This document shows, in pieces, positions 26,055 to 39,158 of a DNA stretch of 64,000 nucleotides. Origin of the DNA: Chiloscyllium plagiosum (taxonomy: Eukaryota); the NCBI RefSeq assembly GCF_004010195.1, contig NC_057719.1, positions 59,533,669-59,597,668 of the forward strand. Reading direction: 5' to 3'. Position numbers and translations under genes: made by a program. Position 1 is the stretch's first letter. Each line of letters begins with the position of its first letter. The notes beneath the pieces were generated by a model that saw nothing but the letters and a program-made list of their open reading frames with translations, did not search any database and was not told the origin of the DNA.

Positions 26055-26802
26055 TTATGTTCAGTTGAGAAGTAATAAACTTTCTAAATGCAGGACGCAT
26101 TAGTTTTGTGTATAGTGTTTTTTTAAAAAAAAATTGATCTAAAGTAAGACATTTAAAAACACTTAGTTGTAAGTGATGTTTTATTTTCTGCTTTAGAGCT
26201 AATAAGTTTGTAAATTTTGAATAATTCAGAAGTTTTTTTTTGGTTGGGAATTGACTTGATGGTTTGGTGAGGTGGCAGGAGATGGCATCCTTTAAAGTAT
26301 GGGATCTATCCAAGTGTACCAACTAATGTAAAGGGATGTGTATGGATACTGTTTTTTTTTTTTCTTGTTTGTTCTTTATTACCCCCACACTACTGCCTAA
26401 CTGCGGTAGTGCTTATTTTTTTCCCCAGCTTATGTTCAGTTGAGAAGTAATAAACTTTCTAAATGCAGGACGCATTAGTTTTGTGTATAGTGTTTTTTTA
26501 AAAAAAAATTGATCTAAAGTAAGACATTTAAAAACACTTAGTTGTAAGTGATGTTTTATTTTCTGCTTTAGAGCTAATAAGTTTGTAAATTTTGAATAAT
26601 TCAGAAGTTTTTTTTTGGTTGGGAATTGACTTGATGGTTTGGTGAGGTGGCAGGAGATGGCATCCTTTAAAGTATGGGATCTATCCAAGTGTACCAACTA
26701 ATGTAAAGGGATGTGTATGGATACTGTTTTTTTTTTCTTGTTTGTTCTTTATTACCCCCACACTACTGCCTAACTGTGGTAGTGCTTATTTTTTTCCCCA
26801 GC
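26055..26802. repeat. Near-perfect tandem duplication, 2 copies of about 375 bp (26055-26429, 26430-26802)
   Basis: By eye the copies differ only in one T-run length and one C/T substitution. The ORF track shows duplicated translations. Confidence 0.95.
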
Positions 26803-29800
26803 ACCCATGTGTGTGTGCAGGTGTGAACAGTCCTGTTTAGTTTTTTTTTCTTCGAGCCAGTTCTGAGTGAGTGGAACCTCTGACACTCCTGTTTTTTGTT
26901 CCTCCCTCTCACTATCACCTAACTGCGGTGGTGCTTATTTTCCCCTGCACCCATGTTGTGTATGGATGCTATATATTTTGTGAATTCATTTAAGTATTTC
27001 AGCGTGTTTCAGAATTGGTGTATACTTATGTTTATTGGGTACCTGAAAATAATGAAATTTTGGAAGGATAAATACAAGCTTAATTATATAGCTGGGTCTT
27101 CAGAAGAGTTTAGAAGTGAGGAGATGTTAGTCAGGAGTTCCATTGCTATATTCAGAAGATTAAAGTCAGGAACGCTCATGTGGTAGTGATTGCTTCATCT
27201 CCCCTGACTCTGAAATGGTGGAACTTTTAGGGAAGGACTTATCTATAATGCCCTCAGGGACTAGAAACCAGTTAAATCAGCAAGATCAAGAGTGATTAGT
27301 GGTATTTTGAGCGAATGGACTTCTTGTAGAATATTGTACAAATAGGTTGTGAAGCCAACATAAAAGACTCCAGTGGGCATAATTGTCTTTTCACAACTAA
27401 TAAATTGCAAGTGCCCCATACTATTTTAAAATAGTTTACACCATTAATGGTGTAAATAATTGAATAATCAAGGGAATGCAATCAGTCACTCCGTTTTTAT
27501 TGTAAATGGAGCCATTTCACTTCTCGAAGTCAAATAAGGAGGTGATGTATCACAGAGATGATTAAAGTTGTGATCAAACATTGTTATCAAAAGAACTGAA
27601 AACAATCTAATAGAATCATTTTCCAAGGAGATTTTTGAGGCATTATCTGCGGGATCATACTATTGTGACACTGAATGGTAGCAATCCTTCTAACCAAACG
27701 ATAAAGGGGAGATGAGCTGATTCCTCATGTAACCTTCAGTTGATCGTTATTCTTATGCATGACATCTATGGCTCGCAACCACGACAAGAATACCAATGGA
27801 AAGGTCTTAATTGAAGTCTTGAAGATAAAGCTGATTTTTGAAATGGAAACCAATGGTTTTTAATCCACTCCAAACATCAAAAATAGTATGCAATATGGAG
27901 CAGTTTAATACAAGTCACAGCTTGATTGATCTTTAATAGTATTTTACTTTAAAGAAGTTGTGGTCATTTTAAATTTTCTAGCAGAGTTGCCTGCAACATT
28001 TACCCAAATATGTTGTCTTCTGACCTTTGCTTACTATGGACCATAAAATTCTGAGGTCAGAATGCTAATCCAAGTTGTGGAATTCTGCCAGGGTAAACCT
28101 TTTATTGAGGTGATGGAAAAATACGAACATATTTAAAATTTTATGAAAAGTCAGGCATCCATTTCATGTGTAATTTTTTTTGAGCTATGTAGTTCAGTGC
28201 AGATGCTTTCAATTTGGAAGATCCTGCTAATTGGGGATAATCACTTAACTCTCAACTAATGTGCGTGTAAGAAAAAAATACATTTTTAAAATTCATTCAA
28301 ATGTTCTACAGTTAAACCTGCAATTTCATAATATTCTGATTTCAGATTGGGCGCAACTGTTAGAAGTGAAAAAGGTATAATTTTTTTTGATAATTATGTA
28401 CCCCTGACATCTGGCACACCTACTCTTTTCCTTAGACTGTCAAATTTTGAGATATTAACATTCCCAATAAATATCCAGAAGTGAGAACAATCATTTCCAA
28501 GCTATTTTTTTTTTGTGCAAGCTCCTCATCAGCAGCAGTGGATGATATTGCAAAGTGAACTTTGCATATTGCTCATAGATTGTACACTGTAGGATTATGA
28601 AATGTGATACCATATGATCAAATTTGCTAAAGGTGGACCTCACCAAATTAACATAACAGGAACTTTTAAAGATCACCACAAAAAAAGTGTTTATTGATTG
28701 CTGGGGATATTTAAAATAGATTTAGACTTTTATCTTTTTTTTTAAAATGTTAATAGTGCTTGGCTGGAAATTTGTGTAAGCACCTCACCGTTTGTTGCCA
28801 AATTGCCTATTTCGGTTGGGAATAAAATTGGTGAATCCATATATGTTCAAAACTAAAGGAGTACTTCAGATGGGAACTAACACAAGGCCTTATTAAGTGA
28901 ACTATAACTTTTACCCTTTGGCACTGAAGTCAAGCAGGCTAGAATACAGTCTATTCGTCTTTTTGACTGAATCAATCATTTCATTTCTCTCCCATCAGAT
29001 GCTCAGGTTATCTATCCACTATACTCCTAAGTGAGGTGTATCAAATTCTTGCCCATATTGAGCTCCATTTGTTATTGTTGTGGCTGTTCACATCTATTCA
29101 TATCTCATTGACATTATCTATTCAATGTTGTTATTTCCTGTGCATGATACTTACTATTGGTAGATCATTTTTATGTTTCTTCATTTGACTCATTTATTAG
29201 CATGATATGGTGAAAAGTTAAGGTGCAGAGCAAATCCTTGTTGAATGATAATTGTCCCAGCTTGCCAATCAGTATAAACATTCTTTAATAAAAGTAAAAT
29301 ACTGAGATATGGATCTGAAATAAGCAAAATGGCAGAGGAACGTGATCTATGGTGGCATCTGTGCAGACAAAATTAACCTTCTAAGTTCAGTTTGACTCTT
29401 CCTTTTGTGAGTTATAACTAACTTGTAACATTAACACTGCTCCTCTTCACATATTCTGCTTGACCCAATGAGCATTTCCAGCATTTTGTGTTTTTATTTC
29501 AGATTTACAGCAACAAAAGTATTTTGAAATGAAGTTTTGGCTCCCATATGTAACAACATGCAAATGTAACACTCACTGGAAAAGAAATTCAGGTTGCATA
29601 ACAGACACCTGTCTTCAACACTTGAGGGTGAAGTTGTGTTTTCAGGTTAAAATTTGAAAGACTTACAAATTGAGACTCTTAAGTTAGTTATATAATATTG
29701 AGACATGGTTTCTTTGAAATTACATTACTATCGTGCTAGGCTGTGATGTTCTGTTGGATACGTTTTCTTCCAGTGTATGGTGGAGCCCATGTATCTTCGT

Positions 29801-30249
29801 GTTTGTGTAATTAATTCATAAATAGCAGTGAGCTGTAAAATTGAATGTTTACTTGGGAAATATCAATGGCCTCAGTGAAGGCTAACTATCTCAATTGCTC
29901 AACGTTAATTATAATGGTTTTAATAGTTCATAAAATGTTCAATTTTGAATGTAACTATTTAGTAATCTAAAACACACAATACAATAACATGTATTATTTA
30001 TATAATTAACCACTTGAAAAAAAACTCATGCATGTGACATAAATTCTAAAGTAGTCAGCTCAGCAAGAAAGGTTTGTTGCAAAGCTTTCACAGAGGCTGA
30101 ATGGCTTCAGGTTCCTCCTTAGGGATTCTATGATTTTATAAAACCACAGTTGTTTATTACAGCCAATCTATCTGGATGATTTGCTCTACATTGTTCCATC
30201 TTGAATACAATTTACATAATCTAATGTACTAACTATTTAAGCACAGGCA

Positions 30250-30920
30250 AGGGAACTATAGACCAGGAAGCCTGATGTCAGTGGTGGGCAAGTTTGTTGG
30301 AGGAAATCCTGAGGGATAGGGTGTACATGTATTTGGAAAGGCAAGGACTGATTAGGGATAGTCAACGTGGCTTTGTGCATGGGGAAATCATGTCTCAGAA
30401 ACTTGATTGAAGAAATAATGAAGAGGATTGATAAGGGCAGAGTGGTGGATGTGATCTATATGCTTCCTGAGGAAGGGCTTTTACCTGAAACATCAGTTTT
30501 CCTGCTCAGATGCTGCCTGACCTGTTGTGCTTTTCCTGCGCCACACTCATGATTCTAATTCCAGCCTCTGCAATACTCACTTTTGCCTCGTGATCTATAT
30601 GGGCTTCAGTAAGGTGTATGACAAGGTTCCCCATAGGAAACTAGTTAGCAAAGTTAGATGTCATGGAATACAGGAAGAACTAGCCATTTGGATACAGACC
30701 TTATTCAAAGGTAGAAGATGGAGGGTGGTGATTGAGGGTTGTTTTTCAGACTGGAAGCCTGTGACCATTGGAGTGCCACAAGGATCGGTGCTGGCTCCAC
30801 TACTATTTGTCATCTATGTAAATGACTTGGTTGTGAATATAGGAGGTATAATTAGTAAGTTTGCTGATGGCACCAAATTTGGAGGTGCAGTGCACCGCAA
30901 AGAAAGTTACCTCAGATCCA
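30250..30920 (+). mobile_element. CR1 RT fragment containing a PLE mini-insert (30463-30589)
   Basis: VDVIYM|insert|IYMGFSKVYDKV, GVPQGSVLAP, KFADG. TSD GTGATCTATATG at 30451-30462 and 30590-30601. Confidence 0.92.
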
Positions 30921-31059
30921 CTTACCAGAGGGGCTCATGCATTCTTAGCCCTGAGCCATGGTAACGCACATGAGCTGGATGAACATCCCTATTCAGAGGC
31001 TCCTCTGTGCAGTCAGAGGGAGAGGCTGTATATGGAAGACACAAAACAGATTAAGAGTG

Positions 31060-31505
31060 CCACATTGTGTGAAGAGAAACTGAATTGTTTAGGACTCCGA
31101 AAAGTGCATTTTTGGAGAATGAAGGGGATCTCGTAGAAACTGAAAAATTCTAATGGGACTGGACAGGGTAGATACAGGAAAAATACTCCAAGTGGTGGCT
31201 GAGTTCAGAAACAGCGGTCATCTAAGGGTATGAAGTAGCAATTTAGGAGTAAGTTAGGGAGAAATTTTCTGTCCGGGGATGGGGGAGCCAGTGGAATTCT
31301 CTGCCACAGAAAGCAAGTGAGACCAAAACATTGAATGTTTTCAAGAAGGAGTTAGATATAGTTGTTAGGGGCTAAGGGATTAAAGGGTAAGGGGCAAAAG
31401 TGGAAACAGGATACTAAGTTGGATGGTCAGCCTTGATCTTAATGAATTATAGAGAAGGCTTGACTGGCTGCAAGGTCCACTCCTGCTCCTATTTTCTGTG
31501 TTTCT
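31060..31505 (+). mobile_element. CR1 3' fragment (older family)
   Basis: CR1-type C-terminal coding remnant and 3'UTR ending ...ctcctgctcctattttctgtgtttcta. Confidence 0.8.
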
Positions 31506-34500
31506 AGCCCCGGAGAGAGAAAGCTGTGCAGTACTGTAATGTTTCAATGTCATCCGTAAGTAAGGAGCCAAGGATGGGACTGGAGCCCCAGGAGCATTTC
31601 TCCTTCTGACATCACCAGGTGTCCCATTTCACCAGAGTGGACTGTCTGTTCTTCCACTCTCCTGGCTATCTGTTGTTGTCCACTCCATTGGGCTGGTACA
31701 GCTGAAGAATGACTTCTACTGAATGGGCCGGAACCCCCTCATCCTGCAAGAACAAAAGAAAGTGAGATAAAACCACTGTCCTTTGTGTCCCACCTACAAG
31801 CAGGCTCTTTCAGAGGTGACAGGATGCAGATCTTTGACAATGAGCCATTCAGGTGAGTCAGTAAATAGCTTGGGCAGTACTGCTCTTCCATGTTCAGGAG
31901 TAGCATATGCTGCAAAGCTCTTCAGGTGATGTGTCTGCTGGAGAGTGTGAGGCCTGGGCAGCTCTCCAAAGACTTCAGGGTTGCCCTTTGACAGCATGTA
32001 TGAGGTTGTTGCACTGAATTGAGCTTCTTTTCACTTTGTATTTTGCACACAATCCTCTTTGGGTTCAGCAGGTGACTTCCTCTTGCTACCCTCATAGAAG
32101 AGAAGCTTCCTTCTCTCAGCTTCAAAGCCAAGAGCAATGAAGTGTCCCTGCCCCCGATGCAAGGGCTTAACATCTCTGTTCCTGTTCAAGACTTTAGCAC
32201 AATATGCTGCTCTCAGGACAATCAACATTTCACTTCCCCCACTTTATCTGATTTGCCTCCTTTTCTGCTGTCCGCTGGCTCTAATGCAACAGGGAGCTAT
32301 ATGACTTAAGGACTCGCTCCATTGGAAATTGTGACTTTAATCTATTAGTATTCACTGTGTGATCCATAAGTTGCATATGGCCCACACATATCTTTCCTGT
32401 CATCCTACTTCACCACATCTCCCGTGGTTGTTTCTTACACTGTAATATGATGGTGATGAACAGAGTGCCTAAGCTGGGGCTTTCCAAGGCTAGGTTATAA
32501 ATCCACATGCAATTGAGCTGACACATCCCTTCTCCTGTAAGGCAGCAGTGCTGACTATGAATCAGTGACAGTGGTTGGATAGCCCTGGGGTCAGTCCCAA
32601 TCCCAATGACAGACACATTAATTATCTTTCTCTTGTCCTGGGTCAGAGGGAGTGGCCCAAATGAATGAGCTCTAAGGGTCCCGTGCTGCATCCATCGGAG
32701 CCTGTAAAACAATTGTGGTCCTCAACCTCCTAACTATGTGACCCCTTATAACAAATCCTACCCACCCGCTACATACAAACCTAAGCCTTCTGCTTCCAAA
32801 ATTCTATTTCCCTGCTGTTCCGGCTCCATTCATTCCCAACTCTCACAACTTCCTGCCCTCCTCACTGATCTATCTTTCCACCCAGGCTGTCTTGCAACTC
32901 CACTTATCTCCAACATCCTCAAAACATTTCCCATGCTCACAGATCCCCACCTTCACAGCCTCTCCCCAGCTTTCACTTTTCCACTCCCCAACTGGTCTCA
33001 CAACTGCCTGCTCACTCTCACTACTCCAATTGTTCTCCCTGCTCTTACAACTCTTTCTCTCCCTACCACCTTTCAAACTTTACCCAGCCCCTCACACTCA
33101 CAATTTCCACCCTGTCCTCACAAGTCTACCCACTCTTCCAACTCTTCCCAGGCTCCTGACCTAAAACTTATTTCCCACATCTTCAGTGGAATTCAGCTTG
33201 TTAACTATGTTTCTATCTCCATATATGCTTCTGGATCGATTAAGCATTTATAGTTATATCACAGCAATATCTGCAAATACAAAATACAATGGATGTTGGA
33301 AATCTGAAAGAAAACCAGAAAATACTCAAGTCAAGTAGCAGCTGTGGAGAGAGAAGCAGAGCATGCATGTGAATCCTGAACTTTTGTCAGAACTGGGAAT
33401 AGTTTGAAATGTAGTAGTTTTGAAGTGAAGTGAAGGGAGGGTGTGCAAAATAGGGCTGATGTGTGATAAGTTGAAAGATCGGAGACACCTAAATAACAGG
33501 AAATTTGGTTGGAATAGTCAGTGGGAGTGATCATGGAAGAAGGAAAGAAAGGCTGTGTTTGTTTGCTATTGTATGTACAGGGGTTACTCTCACTATGAAT
33601 GCAGTTGCTTGTGGCATCACTGCCAACACTGCAGGAAACATTCTGCATCAAAGAGCAATGAAACTGAACTGATACAAGCAGAGAGAACAATAATACCCAA
33701 AGCTCAGTGAAACACCATTAAGAGCATTCAATTCAGTGACACGTTTTGGAAATCCTGGAACTGTCGATAACTGGGGTCTTTATTTAATTTATGACGTTTA
33801 CCTAATCTATAGATTCAAGCATCAAGCAAAAACTGGTTAAAATCTATATTTGTTCAGAACAAAGTGGCAGGGGCAAAAACAAGGTAGTGATGACTAAAGG
33901 AGCGAATGGGCAGTGGAATAAAGTGGTGAATGGGGTGGGTGGTGAGTTGTGGGGGGTGAGGAGCATTGAGCAAGTAGGGTGACAGGTGGGACAGTCAGCA
34001 GTGTGGTCAGTAAACAGGGTGTGAGGGGGGTCAGTTAGCAGGGGTTCTAAGGAGTAAATGAACAAGGTGTAAGGGGTCAGCCAACAAAGCAGCATGTGAT
34101 GTCTTAGGGAGGGACAGTGAGTTGCTGGCAAGTGGGAGGGTAAACGAGTGTTATGGGGGTGCAGCAATAATGGAGGCAGTGGGCAAAGCAGCGAGAGGGT
34201 GGTAAGTGGGACAACAAGAGATGGGGTGAGGGATCACGTTGTGGGGGGCGAGTAAGGTGACAAGGGCTGCAGGGAATAGTTTGGTAAGGAGAGTGCAGCG
34301 AGGCAGAGTATCGGTGAATTGGGTGGTGAGCAGAACAGGATAGGCTGGGGTGGGGGAAGGGGTTGGGGGCGGTGAGGAGGAAGGCCACGTTGGTAAGTAG
34401 TAATTACTAGGAGGTTTCTTTGCCCATGTTTGATCTGATGCCACAAGATTCATAATCAATCTTGAGGATTCCCTGGGTAATTCCTGCCTGTCTGCACACC

Positions 34501-34822
34501 ACTGTGCCACCAACACTGGCAGCTCTGTCCTGCAAGTAGGTCAGGGTGTACCAGGGATGTAGTATCTGGGACATGACATGACAGTAGCGTATTATTCCGT
34601 GAGCATGACCATGTCAGACTGTCTCTTGACTACTCAATAGGACAGCTCTCCCAATTTAGACACAAGTCTCTTGATGTTAGTTAGAAAGCCCTTGCAGGAT
34701 TGACAGAGATGGATCAGTTCTACCACCAAACCAATATTGGATATTTCATTCAGTAGTGTTCTTTGCTGAGTTTTCTGTAGTGAGTTTTGACATTTCTGAT
34801 TCCTACTGACTTCAATTTTGCT

Positions 34823-35110
34823 AGTAGTTAGCACTGCTGCCTCACAACACCAGGGTCCCAGGTTCAATTTCAGTCTCGGACAACTGTCTGTGGGGAGTTT
34901 GCACATTCTCCCAATGTCTGCGTGGATTTCCTCCAGGTGCTCTGGAGGAAACAGAGTCCAATGATGTGCAGGCAAGGTGAATTGGCAATGTTAAATTGCC
35001 CATAGTGATCGGTGCATTAGTCAGAGGGGGGTGGGTAACTCTTCGGTGGTTCGGTGTGAACTGGTTGGATCAAAGGGCCTGCTTCCACACTGTATGGAAT
35101 CTAATCTAAT
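34823..35110 (+). mobile_element. HE1-type tRNA-derived SINE (diverged)
   Basis: GTTAGCACTGCTGCCTCAC head, V-SINE core, AATCT tail. Confidence 0.9.
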
Positions 35111-35217
35111 ATCACAAAGTGTTACCTTGATATCAGGGAGGTCACTGAACCTCAGTTCTAAAATTCAGCTTTTTGTCGATGTTTAGACTGAGGCTGAAAT
35201 AAGGTCTGGAGACATAT

Positions 35218-35500
35218 GCTGAAAATGTGTTGCTGGAAAAGCGCAGCAGGTCAGGCAGCATCCAAGGAACAGGAGAATCGATGTTTTGGGCATAAGCCCT
35301 TCTTCAGGAATGAGGAAAGTGTGTCCAGCAGGCTAAGATAAAAGGTATGGAGGAGGGACTTGGGGGAGGGGCTTTTGGAAATGCGATAGGTGGAGGGAGG
35401 TCAAGGTGAGGGTGATTGAGTCTGTTTGAGAATGTGGCTGAAGAGCTTCTGTGCAGAGGAGATGACCTGGGGTGTGCAGTGAGAGAGGGACTCACTGAAA
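35218..35500 (-). mobile_element. PLE pLTR-derived fragment with hammerhead-like core (35280-35307)
   Basis: Minus strand CTGAAGA-A-GGGC TTAT GCCC-AAAA-CATC. TSD TCTGGAGACAYAT at 35205-35217 and 35501-35513. Confidence 0.8.
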
Positions 35501-36048
35501 TCTGGAGACACATCCCTGGCAGAGTGTAAACTGACAAACAGTGAGCTGGTTATTGGTAGTTGTCAAAATGATAGCAGTTTTGAAAACATATTTGCTTCTC
35601 CCATTCCATTTCTTCTACCCATCCTTTCATTTCACCTGTTACTAAGGAATTAGACATCTCTTATATGTATAGATCTGTCCACTCGGAGAATCTTTTTAAC
35701 TTGCTGGATTATACTACATTCAGAATTGTATTGGTGTAAAACTAGCAAGGACAGTATATTTATAACTCTATTCTTTTTATATAAAAGACAAAGTAAGGAT
35801 GTCAATATGTGTGGAAGACACCTGTTGATAGTTGTGCAGTATTGTAGCAGTCTTCCTGGGAGGACAGCTTAAACAAGATGACCCTCTGAGCCAGCTGCTT
35901 GTAGGTTAACCCTCACTCCTGTGATCTGATCCCCACAAAACTCTAGGATGGTAGTTGAGTGCAGTATTGAGCAAATGCAGCACTGTGCATTTTTTGGATG
36001 AGACTTTAAAAGTTGTCTCTTCTCTCAGGTAAAAATAAAAGATCCTAT

Positions 36049-37620
36049 GGGCTGAATCTTCCCATATTTTGACAGTGCCAATTTTGGTTAGGTTTCCCTC
36101 CATGGGCCATAGTGATTTATCTCACGCAATTTTCTGCTGCTCACCTCATTAATTATGCATCCGGTCCCCATGGTTCCCTTCTTGTTGAAGAGACAGAAGA
36201 TCTCCCTGCTCCCAGGAACATCTGACATTGACATCACAGATGCCAATTGTGCACCAGTGACTACATCCTGAGACTGCTACTCCATCAAAATCCTAAAAGA
36301 GATGGTTGAGAAGGATGGACAGGTGGCTGGAGGTCCTGGTCAATGGGACAGTGGAGAGGAGGGCCATCTTTTTCCTTCAGACTGTCAATACCCTTCAGCA
36401 TTCCACAAAGGAATGTGTCTCTATTTTCTCTCTGTTAACCATGGCACTCTAACTCTGTCACTGCACACAGCTCCCACTAATGGTCCTCCACTCAAACCAC
36501 TACATGCAGCATCTTCCCTCAAGGTCTTTCATCTGCATCATCCTCTCAAACTACCAACTCTTGCTGCCCTCTGCACTTCTTATTCACTCACTCTTGAACT
36601 TGCAGGACAGAATGGTGGCTGATCATCTCAATGTTGAAAGAAGCAAGTCATTGTGCCATGCTGTTCTCCCATCACAACCACCATGAATGTGCTCCTAGCA
36701 TTCTCAGACTTCTGACCCTCTATGGTGCAACTCATCTACTCTCATCTTTTGAAGGCACCAGCAACACCGACACAGCCCTTTGCCCCAAATAAGGCACCCC
36801 TTCAGCCAGTAGCTCCTCCTCCACTTTTGGAAGCAACTGCAGATCTCCCAGAGAATGCACCAGCAAAGCTTTCACTTACACCCTATACCAGCTCAGAAAC
36901 ATTCACTGTGCCAGGTACTTGATTGGACCTGAGAGCACAGTCTGGTGAACTGGCATATCTGGTCATTGGCACATCTCCACAATTGGTCGAGGAAGGTAAG
37001 GCCCAGTTCACTGGCACTCAGAGGACTGCTGGAGACCAGACACCTGCTCAGACCCAGACTGAATACAACTTTGTGGAGTCAGCCATTAATAATTTTGTGT
37101 AAATGGACAAGCAGTCACAGGCACACTAGGAAGGTTTATGTGAGACAGTCAGTAAATTGGAGTGAAGTTTGGAGGAGTCCATCAGTGTTGTCAATACTGT
37201 ACTAGCTCCCACATGCTGCCTGTTGCCATGGTAAGGTTCAGCCGAGTGCTCAGTGCGTGCAGATCTGTGCTCCATCACACACAGTTGAGAGAGCTCAGCC
37301 TCACTCCACGTTCCTTCCTCTCAATGAGTCAGGGAAGTGCCAGCAGACACTCAGACTGAGGAAGAACCTCACATTAGCCCCCAGAACACATGGAAATTGT
37401 AACCAAGGAGGCTGAGTATGAATGTGAGTAGGAAACTCAACATTTCTGGGACCTCTAGTTGCAAATGCCCCAAGGTCGTCCATCAAAATCTTCCAGGGAC
37501 AACAAGTTCCATTCTTGGGCAGGCTAACTCCAGCCCAACTGCAGAGCCCGGGACTGCAGCTGGATGTAGTGGGAGGGCAAGGAAAAAGAAAATCCTCTGA
37601 GGGCATATAGTTGACACTTC
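36049..37620 (+). mobile_element. Possible PIF/Harbinger-type DNA transposon remnant
   Basis: Starts GGGCTGAATCTT. Degenerate LEVLV...VERR Myb/SANT-like stretch, also seen near 5800-5850. Recognition by recall only. Confidence 0.3.
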
Positions 37621-38119
37621 ATTGTAAATACACTCTCATATCTATAAGTGGATATATTTTAAATCATCACATGTTTGATCAAATGTAATTTTAGCAATAC
37701 GACTGGGTTCAATGGCTGCCACATCCAAGTTAAGCAACCTCTTCATACATTCCAAAGAGGATAGAGATTATAGTGATGAGACATTACTTACCTCTGAGAA
37801 GCATCCCAGACTGCAACAGATTTCAGATATCCTTCAACCCTTACATTCCTGAGTGAGGTCAAAAGGTAGGACTTTGGTGAGGAGATTTCCAATTGCGGAG
37901 TTAATATGAACACTGTATAGTATGCCTTTACTCACACTCATATTCTACAGTATGGCCGCTATGAATGTGTGAGTACATGATCATTTATGACTAAAACAAT
38001 GCAACAGCATATAAAACAGTAATTGCTGCTCCTGGAATTCGAGGAAATCACCGCCAGCACCTAAAATATCTCAAAAAAGGAGCAGCTGTTACAGCCAGAA
38101 ATTTTTCCTGTCCTCCATC

Positions 38120-38500
38120 TAGGTTGAGGGGTGACCTTATAGAGGTTTACAAAATTATGAGGGGCATGGGGATTGGATAAATAGACAAAGTCTTTTCCCT
38201 CTGGTTGGGGAGTCCAGAACTAGAGGGCATAGGTTTAGGGTGAAAGGGGAAAGATATAAAAGAGGCTTAAGAGACAACTTTTTTACACAGAGGGTGGTAC
38301 GTGTATGGAATGAGCTGCCAGAGAAAATGGTGGAGGCTGGTACAATTGCAACATTTAAAAGGCATTTGGATGGGTATATGAATAGGAAGGGTTTGGAGAG
38401 ACATGGGCCAGGTGCTGGCAGGTGGGACTAGATTGGGTTGGGATATCTGGTTGGACCGAAGGGTCTGTTTCCATGCTGTACATCTCTATGACTCTATGAC
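38120..38500 (+). mobile_element. CR1 3' fragment
   Basis: LRGDLIEVYKIM, FFTQRVVRVWNELP and (CTATGACT)n tail. Confidence 0.92.
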
Positions 38501-38979
38501 TGGCCACCTCTCTGAGGCAAAGGTTCATTTTAGCTATGGGTCTCACAAAGGAGATAGACTTGTTTAAGGATAGATTATGTCTAACACTCCATGAACATCC
38601 AAAATCTACCTCATAGCATATTATTCTTGTGAGAAAATCAATTTTATGCACAGCCTCTGTCACTTTCGAGGTTGGAGCAAAGTGTACTTAAACATTACAT
38701 ACTCATTCAGTAGTGTTTATGAATTGATGGATGCTGAAGGCTGCACGATGACAGATCAGTGAAACAGGATGCCCCTCAGGCTGATAATGGCCATGGCAGA
38801 ACTCATTGTGCACTTCTCAGCTTCCTGATCATGAAGGAAGTGTCAGAAGCTAACTTTCATTTGCATCATACAGTGTCAGAATCCTGTGTGAATGAGTATA
38901 TGAATATTTCCCTAACACCCATCAGATGTCTTTCTTGAATGTGTGAGTTGCAGGTGTTGTAAGGCATTTAAACAGTTGA

Positions 38980-39158
38980 ACGGGAGAAAGTGAGGACTGC
39001 CAATGCTGGAGATCAGAGTCGAGAGTGTGGTGCTGAAAAATCACAGCAGGTCAGGCAGCATCCAAGGAGCAGGAGAAGGGCTTATGTCCGAAACGTCAAT
39101 TCTCCTGTTGCTCGGATGCTGCCTGACCTGCTGCACTTTTCCAGCACTACACTCTCAA
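38980..39158. mobile_element. Foldback PLE pLTR mini-element (inverted halves)
   Basis: Left half is the reverse complement of the right half. Perfect 15-bp TSD CATTTAAACAGTTGA at 38965-38979 and 39159-39173. Confidence 0.85.

Noticed and set aside
26026..26697. Two near-identical ORFs of about 95 aa suggesting a duplicated gene or array
   Set aside because: Non-ATG starts in AT-rich sequence, produced by the tandem duplication. Not CRISPR-like (no spacers, eukaryotic DNA).
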